NCBI RefSeq assembly: GCF_009914755.1
Contig: NC_060947.1
From: the human T2T-CHM13v2.0 reference genome, Homo sapiens
Strand: one strand, 5' to 3'
DNA length: 64,000 nucleotides
Position numbers and translations under genes: made by a program
Shown here: positions 12,763 through 26,950 of the stretch, in pieces
Numbering within the stretch: the stretch's first letter is position 1
How the letters are laid out: every line of letters begins with the position of its first letter
The notes under the pieces: model-generated
Seen by the model: the letters and a program-made list of their open reading frames with translations, nothing else
What the model was told of the DNA's origin: nothing
Databases searched by the model: none

Positions 12763-15139
12763 CTATTTGTATGTCCTGTCTAACATCACTGCTGGAAGGG
12801 CAGATGTGATGTGTAGATGCTAGAATGTATGCTAATAGAGGGTGGTATATGCCCTGGCATGGCAAACAGATCTGATTTCAGATCTGATATATAGACTTCA
12901 CTTGTTGCAATCTAGCTAAAACTGATTATTTTTCTATGAGTCATGGTCAAGGGATGGCTATTGGAGAATAAAGAGGATGTTGGCACCCATCAGATTGAAC
13001 TCTCAATGCATATTTTGTCTAGGATCAGGGGAATGAGTTAAATGTCTTCAGAAACATACATCATGTGAGTTTCTGGTACCGATCTGTTTCTCTCTTCTCA
13101 TTCTATGCTTCTCTAGGTGCCATTGGAATGAACTAAAGAAAACACACTTATATATGATAAAACCCAATAAAATTTGATAGTTTGATCTTTCAAAGGATCT
13201 TAAACCAGAGTTTTCAAGTGAATCATGCCAATTATGTATTTGAGAAAGTGTCTATGGCCATATTTTGTTCAAAACTTAGCATTTTCCCTGAGCCCCTTCT
13301 CTCTGTCAGGGATAAATTGAGTAAGAGGTCTTCCCAGACTATTGGGTTCAACTACTAGATGGAGAAGTTGAACAGAGGTCCAGTTTGGCAGTTTAGTAGA
13401 AATCTATCAGTGAAATACACAACCTATGGAATCAAGGGGTCTACTGCTCTGTATTTGAGAGGTTGTAATTTAGAAATGTCACTGGCTTTACCCATGTGTG
13501 TAAGAGTTGCTTCTGGGGCTGCTGCTGCAGCATAGATGCTCATCAATAGGTTTCAATCACTAGCATTGTTAGGCCCTTAGTGAAATGACTCACAGCTTTC
13601 AACTCTTAATGTTATATGCACGCATTATTGAATTTTCTCTTTGCACTTATATTAAATTATTATCCCAATAGCAAGGAGTTAAATAGGTTTGAGCTATATT
13701 TGTGAACTACATGAATATAAATACTCTCTCAGAGATGGTTTCTAGCAGCTAAGCACTGCATAACTGCAAATCATTGTAGCTGCCCTTGTTAAATGAGGAT
13801 TATTTAGGTTGCCAGAGTTCAGTAATGCCAGCAGCCATATATGCACATGCTCCCACGTTGTACAGAAAGCCCAGGCTGATCCAAGGATAGAAGGATTGAA
13901 ATAAAATCCTCATTTTCCTGGAATCCTACATTCAGGAACCCCTGTGAAAACAAAGGGATAGAGATTTGTTTTAAAGGACTTCAGACACTGGTGTACTCAA
14001 GGGCATATTCTGAACTGCCATGGCCTTAAACAGCTGCTATATGGAGAGATAAATCCCTTCATTATACATATCCCAGGTTAATCTACAGAAAAGAATGTAA
14101 AGTACCACATAGTAAATTCTTTAATACAGCAAATATTCTTCTTTTGCTTGATCATCAATTGGCTTCAGCTAAATAAAGCAAGACCAACCTGGGCAGAGAT
14201 GTCTGTGACTGCCTGCCTGTACATGCCTGTTATGTCCTGGGTGATGCTGGGGCTTTTCCAGAGAATGCTAGAGAAGCAAGTGAGTGATTGGGAAAGATGC
14301 TTTGCCATCATGAAAACCTGAAACATCTTCAGTAAAAGAGTTAGCAAAAGAGAGGATGGCTGTTCTCCCTCCATTGGGCCAAAGACATTTCTAAAAAGTT
14401 GTTCCCAAAAGATCACTAGATACCAAGAAGCAGGTGTTAGTAACTTAGAGCAAGGGTTTGGTTAAGGGATAGGGTGAGGGAGGGGCTTCCAGCTTAGGCC
14501 GTGATAAGTTTCCATTCTCGTCATCCAGATAATGTGTTATCAGAGCAGATTTCTAATTGACTATGCAAATGCACCACCCTTGCTCATACATTTCTTTTAC
14601 TTCTCTGTGATCTCTTTGTCTTTCTCCATAACCTACATATTTACACATATATCTATCTCTCCTAAGGGCACCATTGAGGATCTTCTGGAATAATTAATTA
14701 AACAGACATTTGCTCTTTAGGTGTCCCTGCTCTGAAAGGAGAAGTGAAGCCATTTATAGTAGTATATATCCCATAGTATTTCAGGGGACTAAATCATACT
14801 ACAACCTGGGTTCTGATATTTTTCAGGCCCAGAACCATATTGACAGTATAGATTCCTCTCTTTACCCTTCCAGGATCACCAGATTATTTCACAGAATCAA
14901 CTTGGTAATTAATTGACAAGACCCAATTTTCCTTCTTTTCCCCTAAGCTCAGCACCCTCATATCACTCTCTTCACCATTTCTTTGTTCATGATAAGGAAT
15001 CCAACCTGGTTCTAAGCTACTATTTGCTATTTACTATTTTAGGTATTTCCTGAAATTAAAACTTTAAAATAAATTAAGCAGTTCTTTTGAAATACATCAA
15101 AAGTTTTATTTATTTTGTTTTTTAAAAAAATTAAGTTTT

Positions 15140-15455
<316 letters not shown>

Positions 15456-17509
15456 AAGTTTCTACTTTCACAGAAAAAAAAATCAATGGCATTCTTATCC
15501 TAAAGCTGTCTCCATATGTAAGGTTGGCCATCACTAAGATAACATTGATTCTTTAAAATGGCTGGTTGGTACAACCCAGGAACTGAGCCTGGAATCCAGG
15601 AGACCACCAGCTGGCAGGTGGAGGCCTTGGATTGTGAGCAGTCTTAGTAGCTGAGTTAGTGGCAGGTGTGGATGGTAGAGATAAGCAGAAATTTTTATAA
15701 TCCAATAATGTTTTCTTCAAAAAATGAACTCATTATCAAAGTATTATGAATTACATTACTATCCTCCATATAAAAAACAGACAGATGTAATTCCATGACT
15801 GTTCCCCACACTCAGGAATCATCACTGAGACACAATTCAGCATTAACTTCACATACTTTTAAATGACTATCTAATTCCCATTTCTCTCACTCTCTCCATC
15901 TGATCAGCAATCCATATGCATTTTTATGACTTACATGCCACAAAATGTTTTCTTAGGGGAACCTTACACTCTTCCACCCCACCTCAAACATTTTTTTAGA
16001 CAAAATAGAACAAAGAGTTGTAGTTTATAAATATTTACTCTTTGTTTCATTTCCCATTTCTCAGAAGGATTTGTATTTTAACAAATCATGTCACTTGAAG
16101 ATGTGAAATTCTCACAGTGGAATTTCAGCTGCCAGTGAGATAAATATTTTTGGATGGAGGGATGTTCCCAGTCCCCATGAAATTATGTCACAAAGCACTC
16201 CTGTTTTTTCCCTAAGCCTGCTGACTCATGTCTTTGTCTTAAGACGGCTCTACTCAGCAAAAAGTTCATAGCAAGCCCTTCAGAGGGGAGAGTGCCTGAC
16301 TAATTTCCACGATAGGAATCTGACCTACTTTGTTTAATTCTTTCTGTTCTCTATTGAGGTGAGTACAATAAATATTTCTGACTTATAATTCTCTTAGGTA
16401 CCAGTTAAGGGCCTGCAGTAATTGCTGTGAAACATTACACTGGAGACATTGCTGCACCACAGTAAAAGGCCCCAGCTGCAAAATACACCCTTGCTAGATT
16501 GATAGTTATTTGGAGTATGGGGGTCCCTAAAGGAAAATAAAGTCATCACAAATATCTAAGCTTGAAGAGCAAAAATAAAGAGGGATGCTACCCTTTTGTG
16601 TATTCCATTGGAGAATGTACAGAACACAGCTCAATGTATATTAATTGGCCTCTTGACCCACCCCATAAGTTGCTGCACAGGTTTGTGCAAATTGCTTAAC
16701 CTATCTGTGCCTCAATTTCTTTTTGTATTAAATAGACACCATAAATCTACCTTCTTAGGGTGATCATTAAACCTGAACAATAATTATAATCATAATAATA
16801 AGTATGTAAATATACTAGATTGAAAAACAAAATACTAAAAGAGTTATTGATTTGACAAGTATTTATTAAGAAAAATATCCTAAATGGAGATACAAATACA
16901 TGAGCCATATTCCCTGCCCTTGAGAAGCACACAGTGTAGTGGGAGACATAAGACATAGGCATAAATAATAAGGCAAGGTAGAAGTCATGGAAGAGACAGA
17001 AAACATTGAAGAGCAAAAATGGCTTCATGGAGAAAATGACATTCAAAATGATCAAATGCCCACCTATTTCCACTTCCTTCAAAATACCTATGTGTAAGAG
17101 TGTGTGTGTGTGTTGGGGAGAGGGTGTCAATACCTTCAGTTGGTTAGGATTGGGCTAGGTAACACATCTAATAAGGTACAGTAAGAAAGAAAACTATGTG
17201 GACAAAAGCAGTTTTCCTCTGCCGTCTCAGAAATTTAGTCTACCCCACAGCAACATAGAGTTCTAGGAGATTTGGATTTTAAAGTACTTTCTTTTCTTGG
17301 CATCTATTGTAACCTTGTTAAGTGGTATTATCTGTGATTTCTGATTACAGCTTTTATGTTTGTTGGCTGTGCTGCTGCTTGAAATGTTTGTTTTTCTCCC
17401 TCATTTTTATTTAGAAGTTCCCAAAAGCACATTGGTTCCCTGCCAGGTTTCATAAACCCTGTGATTATTTTTCCGATCCAAGGCTAAACTTCTAAGAGTA
17501 GGTCATTTG

Positions 17510-17686
17510 TCAAAATTCTCTAAAGTCCTGTGGTATCTCACAGGAGGTCTGGATACTCAAAGGCAGCATTTGTTGCCTGTAGCATCTCCCGGCCCCGACC
17601 CAGGTGTGACAACAAAAAATGACTCCAGACATTGCCAAATGTCCCCTGGAGGACAAAATGGCCTCTGGTTGAAAACTATTGCTCTA
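17510..17686. mobile_element. MER20 (hAT-Charlie) fragment
   Basis: GTGACAACAAAAAATGACTCCAGACATTGCCAAATGTCCCCTGG..GGTTGAAAACTATTG. Confidence 0.75.
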
Positions 17687-17899
17687 AAGTAACCTACACT
17701 GTAATGGTTTAAGCCATGGGAGTGAAAAGCAGTTACTAGCCAGTTCGTGGAAGCCACTAGATGGCCTAAGGCAGGGATAAGCCATTGTTCAGAAGTAGGA
17801 TGCTAAGTCACCGATGTACTGAGCCTGGGTTTTGGCAAGAGTGGACAGTGGCAGCCCAGCATGGACCCCTAGCACAAGAATAGCCTTCCCTCCTCCAAA

Positions 17900-18418
17900 A
17901 CCTGTTTCTGAAATGCTTTGTCCCAGGACTTCTCTACATTCTTAAAAATGATTAAGAATCCCAAATAGATTTTCTTTATGTGTGTTACATCTATTCATAT
18001 TTACCACATCAGAAATTAAAACTGAAAAATTGTTCATGTATTCATTGATTCATTTTAAAAAATAATAAACCCAATATATGCTAACATAAATAATATACTT
18101 TCATGAAAAATAACTATTTTTCTAAAACAATAAAAAGAATAGTGAGAAGAATGGCACTGTCTATATTTCTGTAAATCTCTTTGGTATCTGGTATAATACA
18201 GAGAATGAGATTCTCATTTCTGCTTCTTCAATCAATCTATTGTAATTTCACCCATCATATGGCCTCCAGGAAACTCCACTGTATATCAAGAAGGAATAAT
18301 AGTGAGAAGGGCACTTAGTATTATTATAAAAATAGTTTTGACCTCACAGATCTTTTGATGAAAGGGTTTCAGGGATCCTCCGGGGGTCCCTGGACCACAC
18401 TTTGAGAACAACTGCTCT
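17900..18418. mobile_element. hAT-Charlie-type DNA transposon relic (family uncertain)
   Basis: Ends in GGACCACACTTTGAGAACAACTGCTCTA, a Charlie/MER5-like terminus; AT-rich body. Confidence 0.5.
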
Positions 18419-20798
18419 AAACTGACATGCCACACTTTTATGAATGTAGTTCACTTAAGGGTTGATAAATTTCTTTTGAAACTAGGATCTCTAGGAACAG
18501 TGAAATCTCCCTATTAGACCTTAGTGTGAGTACCTTTAATCAGACTGCTCTGTTCCTAAGATCTGGTGAGCAGCAGTACTGAAGAAACTGAATGACGTAA
18601 TTTGAAGAACATATTACCGGGAGGGAGGACAGGACCGGGTAAGGGCTTAGTCAGGTAGCAGTGTGAGGACACTGGGCCCTTTGCAATAAGAAAAGAGGAA
18701 GCACAGAAAGGAGGAAGAATTTGCTTTGTAGTTTCTCCTGTGGTCCTGATGAGCCCAGTCACTCATATGCCATTGGAAAGCATCTTCCCCTGTATCCTGA
18801 GCTAATTGCCACATTGCTGAGCCTGGTGCCACTGCCTGACTTAAGGCATAGCATTGCAGGAGAAGTGGTAGTGATGAGACAACAACAGGGAAGAGGAAGA
18901 GAGAGAAGAGCATCAGATGGTGGAGAATAGAGGAGAAGACAGTGCCAACACTAAACTCAGGGCCATCGATGGCCTGTCTGTCATTTGAAAGCCTGACTTA
19001 ACTTTCACTGCCAGTAATATCTTAAAGAGGCTCAAAGTTTTATTTGAGTATATTTTTGTTGCTTTGCATTCCAAGCAACTGGTTAGCATTTGAGAAGCCT
19101 GGGGTTCCGAGCATTGGTTGAAGGAACTTGTTTAAAGTATAAAAGGATCTCAATTTCCTAGTGAGATACAAAATCCAAATATTCTGGCTGCCAGGTCCTA
19201 CGCTAACCAAGAAAGTTACCTCCCTGATATTAAAGATTTATAGTTATTCAAACCGCAAGTACTCTGAAATTGCATTATTTTTAAATGATTATATCTTTCT
19301 CAGACTATCTGAAGATAAGATAGCCCCTCTGTTTTAAACAGCAAATGAGGGAAGAAAGGAAATAGGTTTTGGGACTTTGTATGATAGAGACCAGATCTCT
19401 GTGACTATAGCAAGTCTTATTAGTGACTGGATATGTTAGTGGGTCCAACTTATCCAAAATAGGCTAAGAAATTTTTACAGCATGTTCACAGTTCCATAAA
19501 TTTTTCTGCTGTCCTCTTTTTAAGTTAGTGACATTCAGACCAACATGCACTAATATTTGGCAATATTGCTCCCATGAATGTGAACAGACAGTTTATTGCC
19601 TCAGAATTATGCCACCCTCTCTACATGGTGCATTTTTTATCCCAAGTCATTAAAGATTCTTCATTTAAAATCTAATAGCTCTAGAAAGAAGACAGGATAA
19701 AGGTCATTATTCCCATTTTACAGCTGAAGAAATTTATAAGGGAGAAAATCTTTATCCTAGAACCAGTAGGGTTTCGGGCACTTGCCCAGTGGCTCTGAAT
19801 GCAGTCCTTATGTTTTAAGCAGTGAAGGACTAAGGAGCAGTGGCCTGGCCTCCTGGGGATATGTACTAGCCTCTTAGTTGAGGAAGTCTTATCTTACTAG
19901 AACAATTAAACTATTTCTCTACAGCGTTACCCAACAGTGGCAGAGTCATTTTGCTGGTTTAGGCCCTGCCATATTAATAATCCATTTTGAAACAATCTGG
20001 TTTGCCCTCTGGTGATCTAAGTTGACCACAGACATATGGCCATATCAGAAGGACAGCCAATCAGTAACTCAAAAACAATCCATAGACCAGTTTTTACATT
20101 GTTGAAAATACTCCCCTTATCCAAAACAGAGGTCCACAATATACCTTTAATACTAAGACCAGTATGTGCATAAGAATTTCGACTACATGTTTGTGGAGTA
20201 AGAACATGTACGTGGTACAGTTCTTTCTGAGATCATTTTCAGCTGGGCAACAGACTTGTGTGATAAAGGACAATTAATTAGAAGGCATGTTATTTATGTA
20301 GAATCTATTTTCAATTCTGTTCGGATTTATCCATTTGTCTCGGTCCACAATATGGAAACACTTCCCCTTCTGGGTCTGTCCTTTTCCCGACTCCTCCATA
20401 AAATTTGCTTTCTGTCTGGAAGTACAACAAGACACCCAGTTAGATCAAACTTAACACATCTCCTTCACAAAGCTACTGCAAGCTGCCGCCGACGATTGTC
20501 ACCTGAGGGGAGACCCTCCTCACCACACACAACCTATCTGAGGAGTGCCTTTTTTTCTATCCTCATTATTTAACAGTGTGTGCCGATTACTCAAAGCGAT
20601 ATGGGCAGGCCCTGGTAAATATAGCGTTGCTGTAGTGTTAACTTTTTATAAGGTAATGCTCAGGTTGCCTGCAGTGTCTAAAATTACTCTGTGGCCAGGG
20701 CCCCCTGCTTTATCGCTTTCTATAGTTTTAAAGTAGTTTGAAGCTTGAATAACATAAAATAACATAATATAATGTTATTTATGTTATTTCCCACGTGA

Positions 20799-20924
<126 letters not shown>

Positions 20925-23536
20925 TGAAGGTCTTTTTGTACTGATTAGCAATCACATTTTGACCCACTGTTTATTTTCTACCCTAAAACGGCTTTCCTTC
21001 CCAACACACACTCCCTGACACAGTGGGACCCCTTTATAACAACAGTGCTAAAGGAATAAGACAAATGCCAGCCTCAGAGGCCTGCCACATGACATCAATT
21101 GTTGACTCTATAGAACAGTTATGATGATTAGGAAACTCAATCTGGCCTACTGCATTTCCAAAGTTATAAAATAATGAGCTGTGTTATAAGGGGGTTTTAC
21201 TGTATTTCACATTTCAAAAGTTCAAAGAGAAAATATAATAACAATAACAACAACAACAACCAAAAAAAAGAAAGATTTATTTGTGACAGTACTTTCTCTT
21301 AACCTCTTACAGTGTCAGAGACTTTGTAGTTATAAATGCATTTGGTTATTAATATATTATGTCAATCCCATCTGAAAACAGTCAAACGAATAAATAACAA
21401 AGACTGGTCTCTGTAAGCAGAATGATTAGCCTCCTGCCAGCTGCTGTTGTATTGAGTTCAGCATTAATTTGGATCTCGAATCTCATTAAGTCTGTCACAC
21501 TTCTCTCTTCCAAAGGTGTCATTTGAATCTCTGTACGTAATACTTTTAAAATTTAGTCGCATGCTCCTTAAAGGTATACATCGTTAGGATAACATCACAT
21601 TGATAAGCATGAAACACTCTTCCCCGCCTCCTTCCTGCCCCCCTTCGCTCCCCTAAGAAAGTTCTTTTTTAGTTTCAATTTTTGCCTTTCCTTTTTTTGG
21701 ACTAATATCGTGGTATCAGTTAATTCATTTCATGAAATGCCACTCATTTTCCCCGTGCAATGAACCATTTTGCTACTGGTTTTCTACATCCCACATCAGG
21801 GAATTCTATAACTCTTGTGAAACTTAAATAATACATGGAACTTGAAACTGTTCTTCTTGTCACAGCTTACATGGGTTATGTCAAAGGACCTCTCCCCCCA
21901 TTAAATATCATATACATATAAAAGTCTAATCGCAGAGGAAGGGTTACCAGAAATTGGTCTATTTCCCAATGGACTGTGGAACATCCTTGCAGATAGCCTC
22001 ACCAGTCTCCTTAAAGAGATAATCCAATATTTCATATGTGACAGAAATTATTACTACTTGTCTAGCTGTCATTCATCCTAAAAGAGTGACTATTTGCAAG
22101 GTTGTTGTGAATATGAGGCATTCCCACACCCCGTTTCTGAATGCAATTCAATTTCAATTGGACCTTTTATTAAAGTAAACAAGTATAGGACTGGCTTCTA
22201 TGAAAATGGGATAAGAAGGACACGGCCATATTGTCTTTACTTTTAATTATTTAAATGATACCAAGACCAGCTGAACTAGAGTGTTAAGTGTCAGCAATGG
22301 CCATCATCTGTCACTGTGTTGTCACTTAAATAAGATGCTCAAAATTCACTGGCTTAACAATTTGGGTATTCCATTCAATTACATTCAGCAGCAAAATGGT
22401 TACATACCCTCTAAAAAGACTACAAAATGCTATTTTATTTTATTTCTTTTTCAAAGAAAGACTCCTGGCCCTTGGTGTGTCCTACCTCAAGGTAGGGCTC
22501 AAGACACCAACTTTTTTCTTTCCATTGTTCAGCAGTTCAGACTTTGCTTTTTCATACAGGCAGATAGCTTAGTCAGATTTGCACAGTTTGACCTGAAAGT
22601 CACTGACCGGCTTCCTCAATTTTTCCCCCTTGTTACAAAGAAAGCAAATAAGTGTAATTTTTAAAAATTATTCTCTACATTCCCTGGAGTAAAAGTTAAA
22701 AATGAGCTGGATTTTTAAAAAAATCATCAGCCTCCTGGAAAAGCTTTCTGATTTGTATGGAGCCAATCTAGGACCCGATGGATCCTCTGACACTCTCCTT
22801 AAACTCTCAGGAAAATGGAACGGAGCCAATTCTTTGTGCTGTGCCCTTGTTCCAGCAACACAAAGACTTGCTGCCCTGATTTTAACTAGGATGAAGATTT
22901 AGCAGCCAATCTCCAAAGGGAGCATTTTCTCAGCCACTAGGGGAAAGAGGAGAGTTAACCCTTTTTAAGCAAACCCTTGCAAAATAACTCCTCAGAGAAA
23001 AATAGCAGGAACCTCTAATATTATCATGTCGTATCTTAAAGACTAGTCGTTCACAAAGTTTGTCACAGGGAGAGCAAGGGAGAAAGGGGTGTTGCGGGGC
23101 AGAGAGGGGAAAGAGTGCTTCAAGTTCCCAAATGAAAAGAGTGTTACATTTATAGAGATTATGTCACCGCTCAACTCTGGCAAATGGTGTTTATCAAGGC
23201 TGGCAGAGGAATAAATTATGCTTGTGTTTACTCTTTTGTTCCCATGGCCAAGTGCTGTTTTATTAATTGTTGAACACCATTTTGAGGCACTAAGGAACGT
23301 AAGGAGTCAAGATGAAAGGACATTTAGGTGAGGATCAAGACTGTTAACAGAGGCACAATCTACCGTCTTGCTGGTCATTGCAAAACATTAGCCAGTTGCC
23401 AGAATTGAGTCATAACACTTACATCAATGTTTAGTTATTTTACAATTTAGAACTCCCCTGTACTGTTGTAATATATTATAATGTTCCATTGCCTTTGTTT
23501 TCCCCAAGATCTAATCACGTTGTTCATTTCTCTTAG

Positions 23537-23782
<246 letters not shown>

Positions 23783-24017
23783 GGGTACGGTTAAGGTCTA
23801 GTAAACTAATCAGCTTTACTTTACTGTATGTCAATCTCTTTTTTTCTTCTTTTTTTTTTTTTTTAGTTTGGTTTATTGTTCAAAGCATTGTCTCTTTGCA
23901 ACCATTTGATTCTTTGAAAACAATGGTTGTGCTTTCTTGTCAGGCAGTGGTGCTTTTCTAATAGAATGGTTGTAATTAAATTGTGGTCTGTGACCCAAAA
24001 GGAAATACAATTCTCCA

Positions 24018-24347
24018 GAACATCATTGTTCAATAGAAAATATATGCAAGCCACATACATGAGCCACGTGTGCAATTTTAAATGTTCTAGTAGTCATATG
24101 TTAAAAAGTAAAACAAGTGAAATTAATTTTAATGATACATTTTATTTAACCCAATATATCCAAAATATGATCCTTTCAACATGTTATCAATACAAAAAAA
24201 AGAATGACAAATTTTACATTCTTCACGCTAATCTTGCAAATCTGGGGTATATTTTATGCTTATGGTACATCTTGACTCATACTAGTTACATATCAAATGT
24301 TCAGTAGTCACACATGGCCAGTGGTTATTGTATTGGACAATGCATCT
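24018..24347. mobile_element. MER33/MER3-type hAT element
   Basis: TGTTCAATAGAAAATATATGCAAGCCACAT ... TAGTCACACATGGCCAGTGGTTATTGTATTGGACAATG. Confidence 0.75.
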
Positions 24348-24388
24348 CTAGAGAAAGCAGCTGCTCTGGAACAGATATTAAAATTAGG

Positions 24389-24779
<391 letters not shown>

Positions 24780-25052
24780 TCACTTAAGCTTTGAGTTCTT
24801 TTGTTGTCCCTTCCTTGGAACTGGTGCACAGGTAAGTGTCTATCAAAGGATAGTCTAGGCTCCCAGCTGCTAGCCAAGCCCTAATTCATACTTCAGTGAA
24901 CCTGAGTGTTGCCACCTTGACTCTGGCAACTACAAACACCACCAATAATTCAGAATGTTCAAATGCAAGCTCGAATTAGAATAATGTCTCCATTCTGGAC
25001 GTGTTTAAAAGAATATAGTCTTGTTACTTTAAAGTGCATCTGTCATCACTAA

Positions 25053-25579
<527 letters not shown>

Positions 25580-26553
25580 TAAATAATATTTCATTCAAAT
25601 AAATCATTTGTCTTGGTCATGGAAAACATAATTTTGTCCAGTGAAGTTGCTGGTTGTTCCTTCTTCCTGCCTTTTGCCACAACATATTCAGCACACTGCA
25701 CCAATCCGCTGACAGTGTTCCCATTGCATTGGTGGATGTACAATACATGGATTCATCTGTAATTGCATTGTTTGCATGCAAGCATTTAATGTTTCAATGT
25801 GCTTAAAATGTTTTACTCTTGAGTAGGTGCCATAGGCCCATTACAATTTGGGGCATATGTTTTTATAGGATAATATTAATACATGATTCATAATCCATTT
25901 TCAAAGTGATCCACTTTCTTTCTGTAGCCTACACATAGACAGGCTTGCTGGACATGAGCAATTTCAATCTAACTTAATTATCCCAAATTTTGAGGTGCTG
26001 GCCTCCAAATAAATAATACACCTGAAATTTGTGTAGCAGTCATCCAAGTGTTCTCACATCTATTGGCTCATTTGAGATAAGATGGATCAGGCAATTATCA
26101 GTAAGACCCAGCCCATGAAGTGACTTACTCAAGGCAACACAGTTAGGTAGTGGCAGTTCTGGGACTAGAACCCAGCCCTTCTTCTGCCTATAGCCATATC
26201 TTTGCTAAACCATGCTACTTCTAACCACCCATGGCCTGATGTCCCCCAGGAAACTTGAAATCCTAATGGGATCCTGTCAAATGGAGAGCAGATCTTGAGT
26301 TTCTGTTCCACTTGTCCACAAAAAAAGTCTTGAGAAACTTCACCAAGCCTCCATATGCCCCATTCCTTATGCACTCCACACAAGATTGAATATTCAATCA
26401 CTCCTACTTTCCCCAGAAAGAATCTTTCTGAAACAGGATTACATCAAGGCTCAGGGTCACATGACCTCCAGACTCTTTATCAACGATTCCATCTGAGAAT
26501 TTATGTCCCTACTATCCAATTACTATAGCCTCAGACTCTTATTAAAGCCCCAG

Positions 26554-26715
26554 AGCAGTATTCATCAAACATTAGTGTGCATGCAACTCATGTGGGAACC
26601 TTCTAAAAATATAGATCCTGATCCAGCAGGTCTGGGATGGGGCCTGAGGGTCTAGATTTCTCACAAACTCCCAGGTCATGCAGATGCTGCTGGTCCCAGG
26701 AGTAGAAAGATTCTA
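26554..26715. mobile_element. MER5A-like hAT element
   Basis: GCAGGTCTGGGATGGGGCCTGAG..TCTCACAAACTCCCAGGTCATGCAGATGCTGCTGGTCC. Confidence 0.75.
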
Positions 26716-26743
26716 GAGAAAATAAACTCAGAGAATGTAACTT

Positions 26744-26950
26744 AAGAAAAGAAAGGAAGGAAGAAAAGAGGGATAGAGATACAGGAAGAAAGAGGAAGAA
26801 AGGAAGGAGGGAAGGAAGGAAGGATGGAGGCAGGGAGGCAGGGAGGGGGGAAAAGAAAGAAAGAGGGAAGGAAGGAGGGAAGGAAGGAAGGAAAGAAGAA
26901 AGGGAGGGAGGGAGGGAGGGAGGAACTGAAAGGAAATGAAAGGAAAGAAA
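26744..26950 (+). repeat. GGAA/GGGA-rich low-complexity tract
   Basis: Degenerate purine-rich tetranucleotide repeat. Confidence 0.85.
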
